A DNA stretch of 61,756 bases from Girardia tigrina (GCA_001938485.1 MQRK01232830.1:1-61756); one strand, 5' to 3'; numbered from the stretch's first letter, positions 11,785 to 23,084 are shown. Notes: generated by a model not told the origin, from the letters alone. Translations and numbers: made by a program.

Positions 11785-13799
11785 ATGTTTGATTGTACAT
11801 ATGAATGTGTGTGTGATTGTATTTTTGATTGTATGTATGAGAATATTCCTCTAGAAATGTGTGAATTAGATAGTTTGAATAAAGAAAATAATGAAAAATG
11901 TGATAACATGGATATTGAAAAAGAAAGAAAGAAAAGAAATATTGCAACAGATATATTAAAAATAGCAAAGTTTGACATAAATTATAAAAATTTGAAAGGA
12001 CGGCCAAGTGTAGAATTTCGTATAAAAGATAAAAATGTTCAGTGTCTTTTAGATATAGGAGCCCGAGTGAATGTCATTAAAGCGGATTTAATCAAAGGTA
12101 TGAAAAAATATTCAGATTAGAGAAACAAGAAAGCGTATTCACTGTGCAAATGACTCACAACTTGTAAACTATGGGACTGTACAATTAAAGGTGATAATAG
12201 AAATGGTACAGAAAACAATAGAGTTTTATGTTGTCAAAGAAATAGATCCGGAAATGATTGCTGGTTTAGATTTTTTGGATAAATTTGGAATTAAACTGAA
12301 GAAAGAAACATCAAATATCGATAACATATTGGCTAATAGAGATAGCCCTTCTGATGAAGATAGATTGAAAAGAATAAGAGAATTGTACAATACTACAAGT
12401 GAAAATGAGCTAATGGAACTTTTAACAAATTACAGATCAATATTCATGGCTGATAAATGGGATATTGGAAAAACTTCGTTAACCAAACACAAGATAGAAA
12501 CGAATGGAGAACCAGTACTGGTAAAACCGTATAGACAACCGAAACATTTTGAAGAGAAACTAGATGATATTATAAAACACTGAAGAAAACGATATTATCG
12601 AAAAGTGTAGTTCTCCTTGGAACTTTCCTTTAGTATGTGTTTGGAAAAAAGAAAAGCAAGATATTCGAGTATGTGTAGATTTTCGTCAGTTAAATAAAAT
12701 AANNNNNNNACCAGCGTTTCCAATGCCAAATGTAGACGATATGTTGAATACACTAAATGGGGCAAAATACTTTAGTACTATCGATTTGGGAAACGCTTAC
12801 CATCAAGTAGAATTAGAAGATGAATCAAAGATTAAACGGCATTCGCAACAAAGTACGGTCAATACTGTTTCAAGAGAATGCCTTTTGGAATTGCTGCGGC
12901 TCCAGCAACTTTTCAGGAGCTAATGGTGAAAGTTTTGGGAGATTTGAATTGGAAAGAAGCAGTCGTATATTTGGATGATATTTTGATTTTCGCAAAAGAT
13001 AAGGAAGAACATCTTCAAAGAGTAAATAACGTATTTGAGAAGATTAAACAATCAGGTTTGAGAATAAATCCGGAAAAATGTCAATTTTTAGTAGAAAAGA
13101 CTAAATTCTTAGGATATATAATAAAAAAGATGGTATTGAAACAGATAAATCAAAGATTGACATCCATGTATATTTGCAATAATTGACCAGTTTAGTAGAT
13201 ATATTAGCTTGAATGCAGCAGCTAGTCAAGATGAAAAAACAGTTAGAAAATTGTTATTGGAAAGATTGATATGGAAGTTCGGACCACCAAAAGAAATCCA
13301 CGTAGACAGAGGAAAAACATTTGAATCGGCTTTGTTCAAGGATATGGCGAAAAAATTTAAAATTGAGGTATTTTATTCGAGTCCATATCATCATAACACC
13401 AATGGAATCGTGGAAAGACAGTTTCTCACGATCAGAGATGCTTTGAATATTAGAATGAAGGATGGAGATCATAAAGATTGGACAGAAGTCGAGTTTATGT
13501 TAAATAGTACTGTACAAGCTACGACAGGCATGTCACCGGCCGAGATAGTATTTGCAAGAAAACTGAGACATTGGTGGAAAAATAGTTACGAAGATAACAA
13601 AAATTTGAAAACAGTTGAACAAAAAACAGAGACAAGAAGAATTTTTGAAATCGGAGACAAAGTATTAATTAAGAAGGAAAATGTCTCAAACGAAGATGAC
13701 CGTTACATGGGTCCCACAACAGTGGTGAAAAGAAATCATGAAAGAAGTTACGAGTTAAAACTTGAAGATGGAAGAAGTTTTATTAGAAATGTTGAATAG
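11785..13799 (+). pseudogene. pol: pol: protease, RT and integrase core; RNase H and the integrase N-terminus are deleted
   Basis: LLDIGARVN, FSTIDLGNAY, MPFGIAAAPATFQ, YLDDIL, then a jump near 13160 to FAIIDQFSRY, HVDRGKTFES, SPYHHNTNGIVER. Confidence 0.92.
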
Positions 13800-13824
13800 C
13801 TAAAGCCATTTAAATCGATGGGGA

Positions 13825-14262
13825 TGTGAGGAATATTTGAATGTTTGATGTTTTGTGTTTGAATGTGTATGTTGATTTGGAATAGTGTCTCTCCTACCCA
13901 GATGGATGATTAATATTTTAATTCTTATTATTTAAAAATTATGTAATGTTTAAATTTATTTTTAATTTTATATAATTTTAAAATTTTAAATAAGTTATTT
14001 AATTTTATAATATTTAATAAATAAATCAAATTAATATTTTTTAAATAATTAATTATCATTTTAATTATTATCCAATAAGTTTTGAGTGAATATTTTATTT
14101 AAATATTTAGTTCCCCATTTTCTAAAAAAATAATGAGAATTAAACCATTAATCAATTTCGCTTTGAATGCAAATGTACGAAAGTTTTGACAAGATTGTCT
14201 TGAGGATAATCAAAATTGTTGTTTAAATAAAAATATAAAAAATCAAATTGGTGTTCTTAATA
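13825..14262 (+). repeat. 3' LTR (TG...TA)
   Basis: Follows the PPT; ends GGTGTTCTTAATA, then TSD CTTAG. Confidence 0.95.
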
Positions 14263-15275
14263 CTTAGCATACGGCAATTTGAACAATGAGTGTCAGTACG
14301 AGAATTAATCAGTTTCAAAAATAATATTTTCAAGTGAAAATTTTTTATTGTTACGACCGATAAAAACTATATTTGGCTGGTTGAGATTGCCAGAAAATCG
14401 AATTCATTAACGAAAATAAATTTCTATGTGAGTCCATCCACTGTAAAGTAATTTATTGTGGCGAATGAGTGAAAATTAGGTTTAATAAAATTGATATTGT
14501 TTCGGGGATGACAGTGAAATGTAGAGTTTTGAAATTAAATCAATCTTTTGTAAAAAAATTAATCAAAAAAACTTTTTAAGATCCCAAAATGGGAAAAAAT
14601 AGAAAAATTCGGAGTTTTTTTTATTATTGATTTTCGACGAGACAAAAAATGCCAAAGCAGTCATCTCGGGGAGTGGGATCAGATGAAGAAAAGAAAAAGA
14701 GGACAGTTTTTTTCATTCATAGAGTTCCCCGATGCAGGAACAAATGATCGCGATGGCGCTGCAACGATCACACTGCGACCAAAAAATACTTTCCAGATAT
14801 TGAAGTTCGTGAAGTTCAAATTTAATAAGTCTGTAAATTATTCATTGTTATTAACCACTAACAATAAATAAGTTACCAGAAAATGTTGAAATAGAGGAAA
14901 GCCAAAAAATATCTTTTTACAAAGTATTTTAAGGTGATTTTTTGGTGTCTTTTGATGTAACTGATGATATTGTTTACCAAATTAATTGATATTGTAAAAA
15001 TTTGTTAGGATTATAATCATTTTATTATTGTCTTGAAAATTGAAATCATCTGTCTTTATTTAAATACTAATATATATAATTAAAATCATTTTAAAGAATA
15101 ATTTGAGATGTTATTTAAAAGCTAATTGTTAATTATTTTACTGGATTACTCCTCTTTTTCTTAAGACTTAATTTGTATCAGTTGTGTATGAAACACTGAA
15201 TAATGTCATGGGATTCTCATTGAAGATTATTAGTAAAGAAATTGATTGAGAGACTTGAATATTAATTTTCAGATT

Positions 15276-15776
15276 TATTAAGAACATTTAGATAAGTCTC
15301 GTTTGAATTTTTATTACTATCACATTTAGAGTCATTATGACTCTCAGAAGGTCTTTCATCGTTTGACATCGTTCTAATTGGTTTTGTTATTTCTATTTTT
15401 AATCATGATTATCCGAACAACTTTTCTCAGTCATTTTTGTAAAATATTTAACTTCTAAAAATTATTAATTAAAAATAATAATTTTTAACATTTCTCAATA
15501 AATACCAAAATAATAAAAATGTCATCAAATTATTAAAAATGCATTTAATTTAAATTTTACTAAAAATTATTAAACTTAATTTCAATTGTGAAATTAAAAA
15601 TATGAACTTATAAAATGATTATTTAAATTATGTTCGAATAGTCAATCCTTTACATTTAAATAAAAATACCAATTTCCATCTGGGTGGGAGAATCACCATT
15701 CTAAATTCAACATACTTAAATCAAGATACAGCATCCATACATTTACACATTCAAACAAATTAAAATATTCCTCACA
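15276..15776 (-). mobile_element. solo LTR of the same gypsy lineage
   Basis: Minus strand TGTGAGGAATA...GTTCTTAATA; perfect 5-bp TSD AGATT; family core motif present. Confidence 0.92.
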
Positions 15777-17576
15777 AGATTGATTGATTTTATTTATAAG
15801 GTCCACAAGTCATTTTATCCCGATAATTATTAAATCTATTACAAATAACTTATTTATAGAATTTAAATTATATTCAGTAATATTGCTTCAGTAATATTAC
15901 TTTATGATTACTTTGTAGAGAAAACTTGAACTCCTTCCAGTGAATGTTTGCAGGATTTCATACTTATTTTATATCAAATTTTTCTAAATTAATGATTTAA
16001 AAGTTTTCAAAACCTTTTGAATCAGGAACTGCTAAAATATACTTTGTAGGAAAGCTACAACTAATTATATTCGATGTTATGGTCATATTATCAGGATTTT
16101 ATGAACATTATCTAATTCGTTTTATATTTTATCTAAAATTTAATAAACTTATTTAAAAATTTCAAAATTGAAATTTCTTAAAAATTTTCAATTCAAAAAT
16201 TACAATTTTTTTGATCAAAATAGCTGTTATAATAAATATTTAATTTATGAGACATAAAATTATCTTTCGTTATAATAAATTTATTTTTAATATAATCAAA
16301 CATAAATTAAGACTCTTGGCTATAAAAAGATTTTATGAGAATATAAAATTTCTTATTTCGACATTAATTAAATTTTTTTGGTGGAAATATTAGAAATTCT
16401 TTTTAAGAATTTCAATAAATTTTACATGTAAAAAGAATCTTTAACGAAATTGTTTTGGATAATTTGTTTGTAATAAACTTAATATTGTTTGCCTATCTGA
16501 GATGACAAAATATATCAAACCAAATTCAAATAAAAAATATTAAAATTAATAAATATAAATTTTAAAATTTTACAATATAATATTAAATCTGGTATTTATT
16601 TTTTTATTTTCCTTGTATTTTAAAAATGAACTTTTATAGTATTCCCCATATCCGGATGAGTTATTTACTTCCGTTTTCGCGATGGTAGCAAACCTAAATC
16701 AGGATTTCGAGAGACTGTAGCAACAATAGAAAGGAATAAAGTTCAGCTATACATTATTCATTAAAAATCATCAAGGAACAATGTTTATAATTGTTGTAAC
16801 AATCAAAGCTAAAATAACTAAATTTTATTGCGAAATTCAAAACTTGTTCAAAGAAGATTTTGATTTCTCTGAGGAATATTCCTACGATTTGTTATTTGTA
16901 AAAGTTGTATTTTTATTTTATTTCACTTTATTTTTTACAACTTGATTTTTATTTATTATCAATTACAGGTTATTTAAGTTATAATTGAATAAATAATCTT
17001 ATTCTGCGGATCATAGCCTCATTTACAATCTGTGTTAAGCAAAAGATAAAAGTTGATCTGAAAAAATCAAAAAATTCCATATGAATACTGCCGTCTATAA
17101 TGATGAAAAGAAAGAGAAATTTATACTATTTATGCCACTCCTGTGCAATTTTTATACAAACTAGTAAATCAAAAAATTAAATTTTTTATATCCATTCTTT
17201 ATGCAGGCAGAACTCTACTTTGCCAACAAAGGTTTTAAAATTTAAAAGCTTTTACATTAAAAAAAAATTTAATTAAAAAAACAATAAAAATTAATATAAA
17301 CTACTTATAATTTATAAGTAGATATTTTTCAATTAATATTGTTCTGGGACTCCGAATTTTCCGTTTTTTTACTATTTTGGGACCTGAAAAAGTTTTTTGA
17401 TCAGATTTTTACATAATTATTTATTATCATTGAGAATTAGTAAGTGTGCAAAGTTTGAAGAAAATTAATTGAGTAAGTCCTTCAAAAATAAGTTTCTGAA
17501 TTCTTTTTACAAGTTTTTTTTACAAGCATACAAAGGATTAAATTAAAAAAGAACAAATCTTTCAAAAATACACATA

Positions 17577-17942
17577 CCGGGATTTTCCGAAAATAAGCAC
17601 ACCTGCGCTTATTTTATGTTCTGGTTTCCAAAAATAGGCGCATAATCTTATTTTTTGGGGCAAAGAAATTGATTTTTTGCTTCCATTTGAATTTATCAAA
17701 AAATTATTCAAAAAATTATTGTAGTGGTTTCAACCTCAATGAAAACCACAACAATTATTTTTTTGACCAAATATTTTTTTAATAAATTCAACTGTTACAG
17801 ATTTTTAGCTGTTTTTAGCACTTTTTATACTTGCTACACGTGAGGTAAAAGTGACAGTCTCCAAAAATAAGCACATGCGCCTATTTTTTGGGATAGAGTG
17901 ATTAGAGATAAAAAAAATGAGCTTATTTATGGAAAATCCCGG
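17577..17942. mobile_element. Tc1/mariner-superfamily (pogo/Tc2-like) MITE
   Basis: TIR CCGGGATTTTCC..AAATAAGC at both ends, TA flanks, internal inverted sub-repeats CCAAAAATAGGCGCA. Confidence 0.85.
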
Positions 17943-18254
17943 TACAATCCCTGAAACTGAAAATTCGATTATTAACATAACACCTGGTGTCAATAAAAGA
18001 TAAATTCATTATTTATTTACAATAGTGAACAAAAATGATAAAATTTAGTACAAATACTTATCACAATAATCAACGTGTGACATTAATCGCGATCGACAAT
18101 TAAATTTATAAGTAGATATTTTTCAATTAATATTGTTCTGGGACTCCGAATTTTCCGTTTTTTTACTATTAATGAAATGTTTATTATTCTCTTTCTTTTT
18201 TTGTGTTTCTCTTAAGAAAATGTTTCTACGGAAGCTATAACGTTTTGTAATTAG

Positions 18255-18696
18255 TGTGAGAAATATGTGGTGTGTTGATGTTTTTTGTAGTTCTTGATTT
18301 GGGATAAATGTTGATTTTGGGATAAATGTTGTGTGTTGATTTGGGATTGTGTCTCTCCTAATCATATGGATGATCAATATTTTAATTCGTATAATCTGAA
18401 AATAATTTTTCCAAATCTAGATTTAATATTCGAATTTTCAATTTATTATTATTCTAAATTTTAAATAATTAAATCAAATTAATGTTTTTAAATGATTATT
18501 AAAAGTAATTTTATTTTAACCAATAAAATTTCAATTAAATATTTTAAACAAAATAATTCTTTTTAAGTTAGTTCAGATTTTGGATGAGAATTACGAGGAC
18601 TTTGAATGATTAATTTAAATGAAAGCAATTGATTGTCATTTAGATGATCAAAATTGTGAATGAAATGTTCTACCAAATGTGTGAGTTCTTTTAACA
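18255..18696 (+). mobile_element. solo LTR (TG...CA variant)
   Basis: TGTGAGAAATA...GTTCTTTTAACA; TSD ATTAG/ATCAG with one mismatch; degenerate core GTGTCTCTCCTAATCATATGGATGA. Confidence 0.8.
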
Positions 18697-19272
18697 ATCA
18701 GGAACAAGTTAAACTAGAATTATGCGATCTCTTTCGATAAAAATGCACTCTCGTGAATATTCAAACAAACGTTCATTTTTCATTTTTAATTAGATATTTC
18801 AAATAAATTATAATATTTAATATGCAATACTTTTTTATGTAACAATTTACGTTTCACAGGAAATATAAAATTCTTAGTGGTCTTTAATCTCTGTAAAACT
18901 TTTAAGTTTCTTCGATATTTAAATATAATTTTTAATCCATCTATTTTTGTTCTATATTTTTAAATTACTTTGAAATTTCAATTCAAAATAACGGATAGAA
19001 AGTTTTGAAAAGTTTACTTTTATAAGTTTACCGTTTTATAAGAAAAAATTTCAAAGATTTTATTTTGAAATTATAATTTTAGAATTTAGGCTTTCTGATT
19101 TAATTTTGCAATAATTTGAGAAATTATAATTATACAACTATTATAATTAATTATACAACTTTTTCAACTAATTTCAATTTTGAGCAGACTGAAGTTTTAA
19201 TCTCAGACTGATATACAAATATTGTATAAGTTTTTATTGAATTATAATAATGGTTGTTTTAATCATTTAAAT

Positions 19273-19836
19273 CAGTGCTTTCCAACCTGGGGTACGGGGG
19301 TACCCGTTACCATGGTAACGGTCGCGATTACCATGACAACGGTCGCGGTTACCATAGCAATGGACTTGATCACCTTAGCAACGGTCGCGGTTACCATTGC
19401 AACGGTCGCGATTACCATAGCAATGGTCGCGGTTACCATGTCAAAGGTCGCAATTACCTTAGCAATGGTCGCGGTTACCATAGCAACCGTTCCGATTCAC
19501 TTTGAAACGCTTCTGAATGGTTCCTGGTACTCTAGCAATGGTTCCGGTTCACTTGGCAACGCTTCTGATTGGTTACCGGTTCTGGTTCACTTGGTGACGG
19601 TAACCAAGGTCATGGTTACCATAGCCCTAGGCAGCAACGGTAACCAAGGGACGTTTTTCATTACACAAGTCTGTTGCAAGGGGGCATGCAGCTGTTTCCA
19701 AAATATCATTTTCGAATACAAACCAAAAAATTGAATAGGTGTCACATAAAAATGAATCAACAATTTGTTTTTTAAAGGGGGGCGTACCAATGTTTTTTTA
19801 AAAGGGGCACCAATACAAAAAGGTTGGAAACCACTG
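19273..19836. mobile_element. hAT (Charlie-like) MITE carrying a 21-bp X-box minisatellite
   Basis: TIR CAGTG(C/G)TTTCCAACCT, 8-bp TSD ATTTAAAT, nine 21-bp units at 19306-19494. Confidence 0.92.
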
Positions 19837-20222
19837 ATTTAAATATTTATAAATATAAAAATATTTATTACTATTCTTAATTAAATGTTAGATGAAAATG
19901 CATCTCAATTCAAATTTTGACCAAAGTAATTTTTAATGAAGCGATATTTTATACCTTTTTGAATGTATCATTTACTTTGCTGAAAACTGAATTTGTTGCT
20001 TATTGGTACAGAAATGCAAATCCGACGAAATATCCTTTAAAAAGGAACAGTTTTAAAGGAACTGTAACCTTAGTTGATCATGCAAAAATTGCAGAGATCA
20101 ACACTGTTGAATCCGAGAAAAATGGAGTTCAGACTTTGACTCTGAGATGTTTTAAATTCGATTTGAAATTCACAAATTAGAATAAATTAATTTGTTGCGA
20201 TCGAGAATCAATTATAAGACAA

Positions 20223-22079
20223 TAACATGCAATCCACAAATATAACATGCAGCAAACACAAAGAAAAAAGACGTTTAACAATATAACACATTTATTTGAG
20301 ACTAATCAAAACATTACATGAACCCGGAGATGATCTTCAATCCCCTTGCAGACCTACAGAACATTGAAAGTACCACACGAAAGCTAGAAATATAACATAA
20401 AGAAAATAGACAAAGTTGAATAAAAATCTATCCGATAACGGAAATTGAATAAGCACCCCTCTACAGTTAGAACATCATAAGGCACATTCGTGAAGGTGAT
20501 CCACCGGAAGATTACATCGTCTTGGAAGAATTTACAAACCTTAAAAGAATAAAAGTTAATTAAAAACGAACCCAAAAATGATAAAGTTCCTAACTGAGCT
20601 TCCCAGTAGATATAGGAGGTCATCCGATCCTCTCGAAGAGCTCTCATTGAGCTAAGTCCATGGGTGAGACCCGTGAGATGATAGCATATTCCCGAGCCAA
20701 GATATAACCCCTGAAAGATTTAGAAATTAATTAAAAATATAAAGAAAATTAATTAAGACTTACATGATTCATACCCCCACAGAGAAAATAAAATCACGCG
20801 ATGAATAAGCATTATTCATCAGTGACAAGCCGGCATTGTTTAGTGACGTATTACCTAAAAATAGTAACGACGACAAATTAGAATGAGAAATTAACAAATG
20901 AAAATGTAAAGTTACCAGCCCTGGCCAATCAGAAGAGGCCACGAAGAAAATGCATCACGACGAGACAAATAATACTGTTATAAATACAACAGTTACTCGG
21001 CAGTAAGACAGAAATATTGACAGAAGTTTAAAAACAAGTTTTGAAGTTTCAAGTTAAGAAGTTTTTCGAAGCGAAGTTGAAGCAACATTTACAAGATTTT
21101 CAATATTTTGAGAATCGAAACATCCTTAATCGGAAATATTTGCATCAGAAGTTAACGGAACAATTTGCAAGAGAAAACGATCAGCAATTTTCCTCCAACG
21201 AGTCTCAACATTGAATGTAAATTTTGTTATTGTAATTTTCGTATATCTTAATATATGTATAGTATGAGAATTGCTTTTTTATCTATATAGTAAATAAATA
21301 AAATATTTTTAATCGAGACTAAGTTTTAGGTAAGATAGCAAGCCAATCATTGTCGTTGATCGTTGTTCCAGCCGACCATGCCCCGACAAATTGACAAAGA
21401 GTGTGTTGAACCCATGATCCCAGAGAGGAGGACGAGATTGCGCCCCTCCCGGCACGTGAACAGTCTTCATAAAGACTAATTATTGTTAGGAACGAGAGAT
21501 AATAAATAATAAATTAAACCGCCCAACGCTTATGTTTGACTAAAGATGCGAAATGAGATGAACTGAGTAGCAATGAAAAATGAATGATTGTGATACTGAT
21601 AGCTAGACAAGAGATAACCGACGCGAAATAAATTGATAATTCGAGAGAGTAAATATAAATCTGTTGTTCATATAAAAATATAAAAATGATCTTTCATAAA
21701 GGTGTGGAGACAAACTAACCGCGATAGGTATATTAATACTTATTAATGACTTTAGATATACCACAACACAACATTGCCACAAGTCCAATGACATAAAACA
21801 CAGTGCCTCAAGTTCACATGCAGACACAACAGTGCCGCAAGTCTCGAACATTACATAGCGACGCTCCAAATTATGATCATCGACACATTTTATACCAGCA
21901 TGAGCGACACATTCACTAGAAAGAATATGTGCTTCCACAAACATTAAATCAACCCCGATCGATACTGACCTAGGCGGGGGGCCCATAGACCGTCCTGTCT
22001 TTAACCGAACCCGCAGGCCCTCCGAGTTTGGCACTGCTAGGCAGATGTCAAATAAGGAGAGGTGTCCGACCCGTGTACA
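20223..22079. mobile_element. long solo-LTR-like insertion containing a spliced antisense transcription unit
   Basis: GC-enriched block flanked by GACAA (20218-20222 and 22080-22084), ending TGTACA; CCAAT at 20925, TATAAATA at 20979 and AATAAA near 21293 on the plus strand. Confidence 0.55.
20314..20772 (-). CDS. putative spliced 93-aa protein of unknown function (coding exons 20772-20764, 20710-20591, 20539-20457, 20383-20314)
   Basis: GC-rich exons alternate with 51-73 bp pyrimidine-rich introns ending in AG; donors GTAAGT and GTAACT are canonical and two are degenerate; splicing keeps the frame to TAA, followed by AATAAA at 20291-20296. Confidence 0.45.
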
Positions 22080-22559
22080 GACAAACATATTAAAAGAATA
22101 AATAAATTAATTCATAAAATGACATTGGGTTGTGGTTGACCCTTAATAACCACTGTGTTCCAACTCGAGATGGGTCGTGACAAGTTGCAATGTTAATCTA
22201 ATGATAATTATTTTTGCATATCGCGAAATATAATTATGTTACTATTTGGTAGTAGTTTTCACATTTTTATCTAATAATTTATAGTCATAAATAAATATCG
22301 TCCTAAACGATTATTTTTTCAGAAAAATTGGAATAAAATGAGATATTACGTGATAGTCTTTGTCCTATGTAATTTATAATTGTCTAATGTCTATTAAAAA
22401 AATCCTAAGCAAGAAAAAACATAGATTGTTCTGAGTTTCAATTATAATGTGAAAAAAATCTGTTTTATTCAGACATTATTAATTTTGAGACAAAAATCAC
22501 GAAGCTATTCGTTTTAATTAAGTATATTTTTATAACACTAAGAATAGGGGTTTTTCAAA

Positions 22560-23065
22560 ATTCAAAGTATATTCAGCAATAAATCTCGTACTCCTTTGAG
22601 TTTATGTTCCAATCTGGTTTATCAATTTTCGTGTAATGGGTGCAACGCTACATACATTGGAGAGACGTCTCGTCATCTCTGTAAACGGATTCAGGAGCAT
22701 GGATGATTGGGTAATGGGAGTAATATTGCTGGACATATGAAGGGTTGTAAATCGGAGGTAAAAACAACTAATTTTAAAATATTGTGCAGTAATTTTAAAA
22801 ATTATTGGGAAAGAGTTACTTGTGAGGCATTATTGATTAAATCACTTAATCCGTCCATTAATGTACAAACAAGTCTCTCTTCCAATTTGTTGAAAATATT
22901 TAATTAGTTATTACACAAGATGTTTGAATAATCATCAATTTACTATATATAAGACAGCGAAATTGTTGTTAATTCAGCCTGAAGATGGTGGAAAATCCAC
23001 CGAAATATATTGCGATAATAAAATTTGATTTTAATGGCGTTCTTAATTATAAAATTTTGCCATTA
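22560..23065 (+). mobile_element. Penelope-like element 3' end: GIY-YIG endonuclease plus pseudo-LTR
   Basis: NLVYQFSCNGCNATYIGETSRHLCKRIQEH...NFKILCSNFKNYWERVTCEALLIKSLNPSINVQ, then TATA and a hammerhead. Confidence 0.92.
22975..23015 (+). ncRNA. minimal type I hammerhead ribozyme
   Basis: GC-CTGAAGA-T-GGTGGA(aaa)TCCACC-GAAA-TATA-TT-GC; palindromic stem III ATATAT. Confidence 0.85.
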
Positions 23066-23084
23066 TTTTTTAAATTTCTTATTA

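Larger units (their letters stand above)
10153..14262 (+). mobile_element. Ty3/gypsy LTR retrotransposon with both LTRs, internally deleted and non-autonomous
   Basis: 5-bp TSD CTTAG (10148-10152 and 14263-14267); LTRs 10153-10591 and 13825-14262; PBS TGGCGAC at 10592; PPT GATGGGGA before 13825; order gag, PR, RT, IN. Confidence 0.97.

Noticed and set aside
19306-19494. CRISPR-like array
   Set aside because: The spacers are 7 bp and nearly identical, the context is eukaryotic, and there are no cas genes.
19222-19734. ORFs with heptad repeats (VAVTIAT / SNGRGYH)
   Set aside because: Translation artefacts of the 21-bp minisatellite, open in several frames on both strands.
21603-22088. 161-aa minus-strand ORF
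   Set aside because: It starts outside the element boundary and has no motif; probably a chance ORF in the GC-richer LTR-like sequence.
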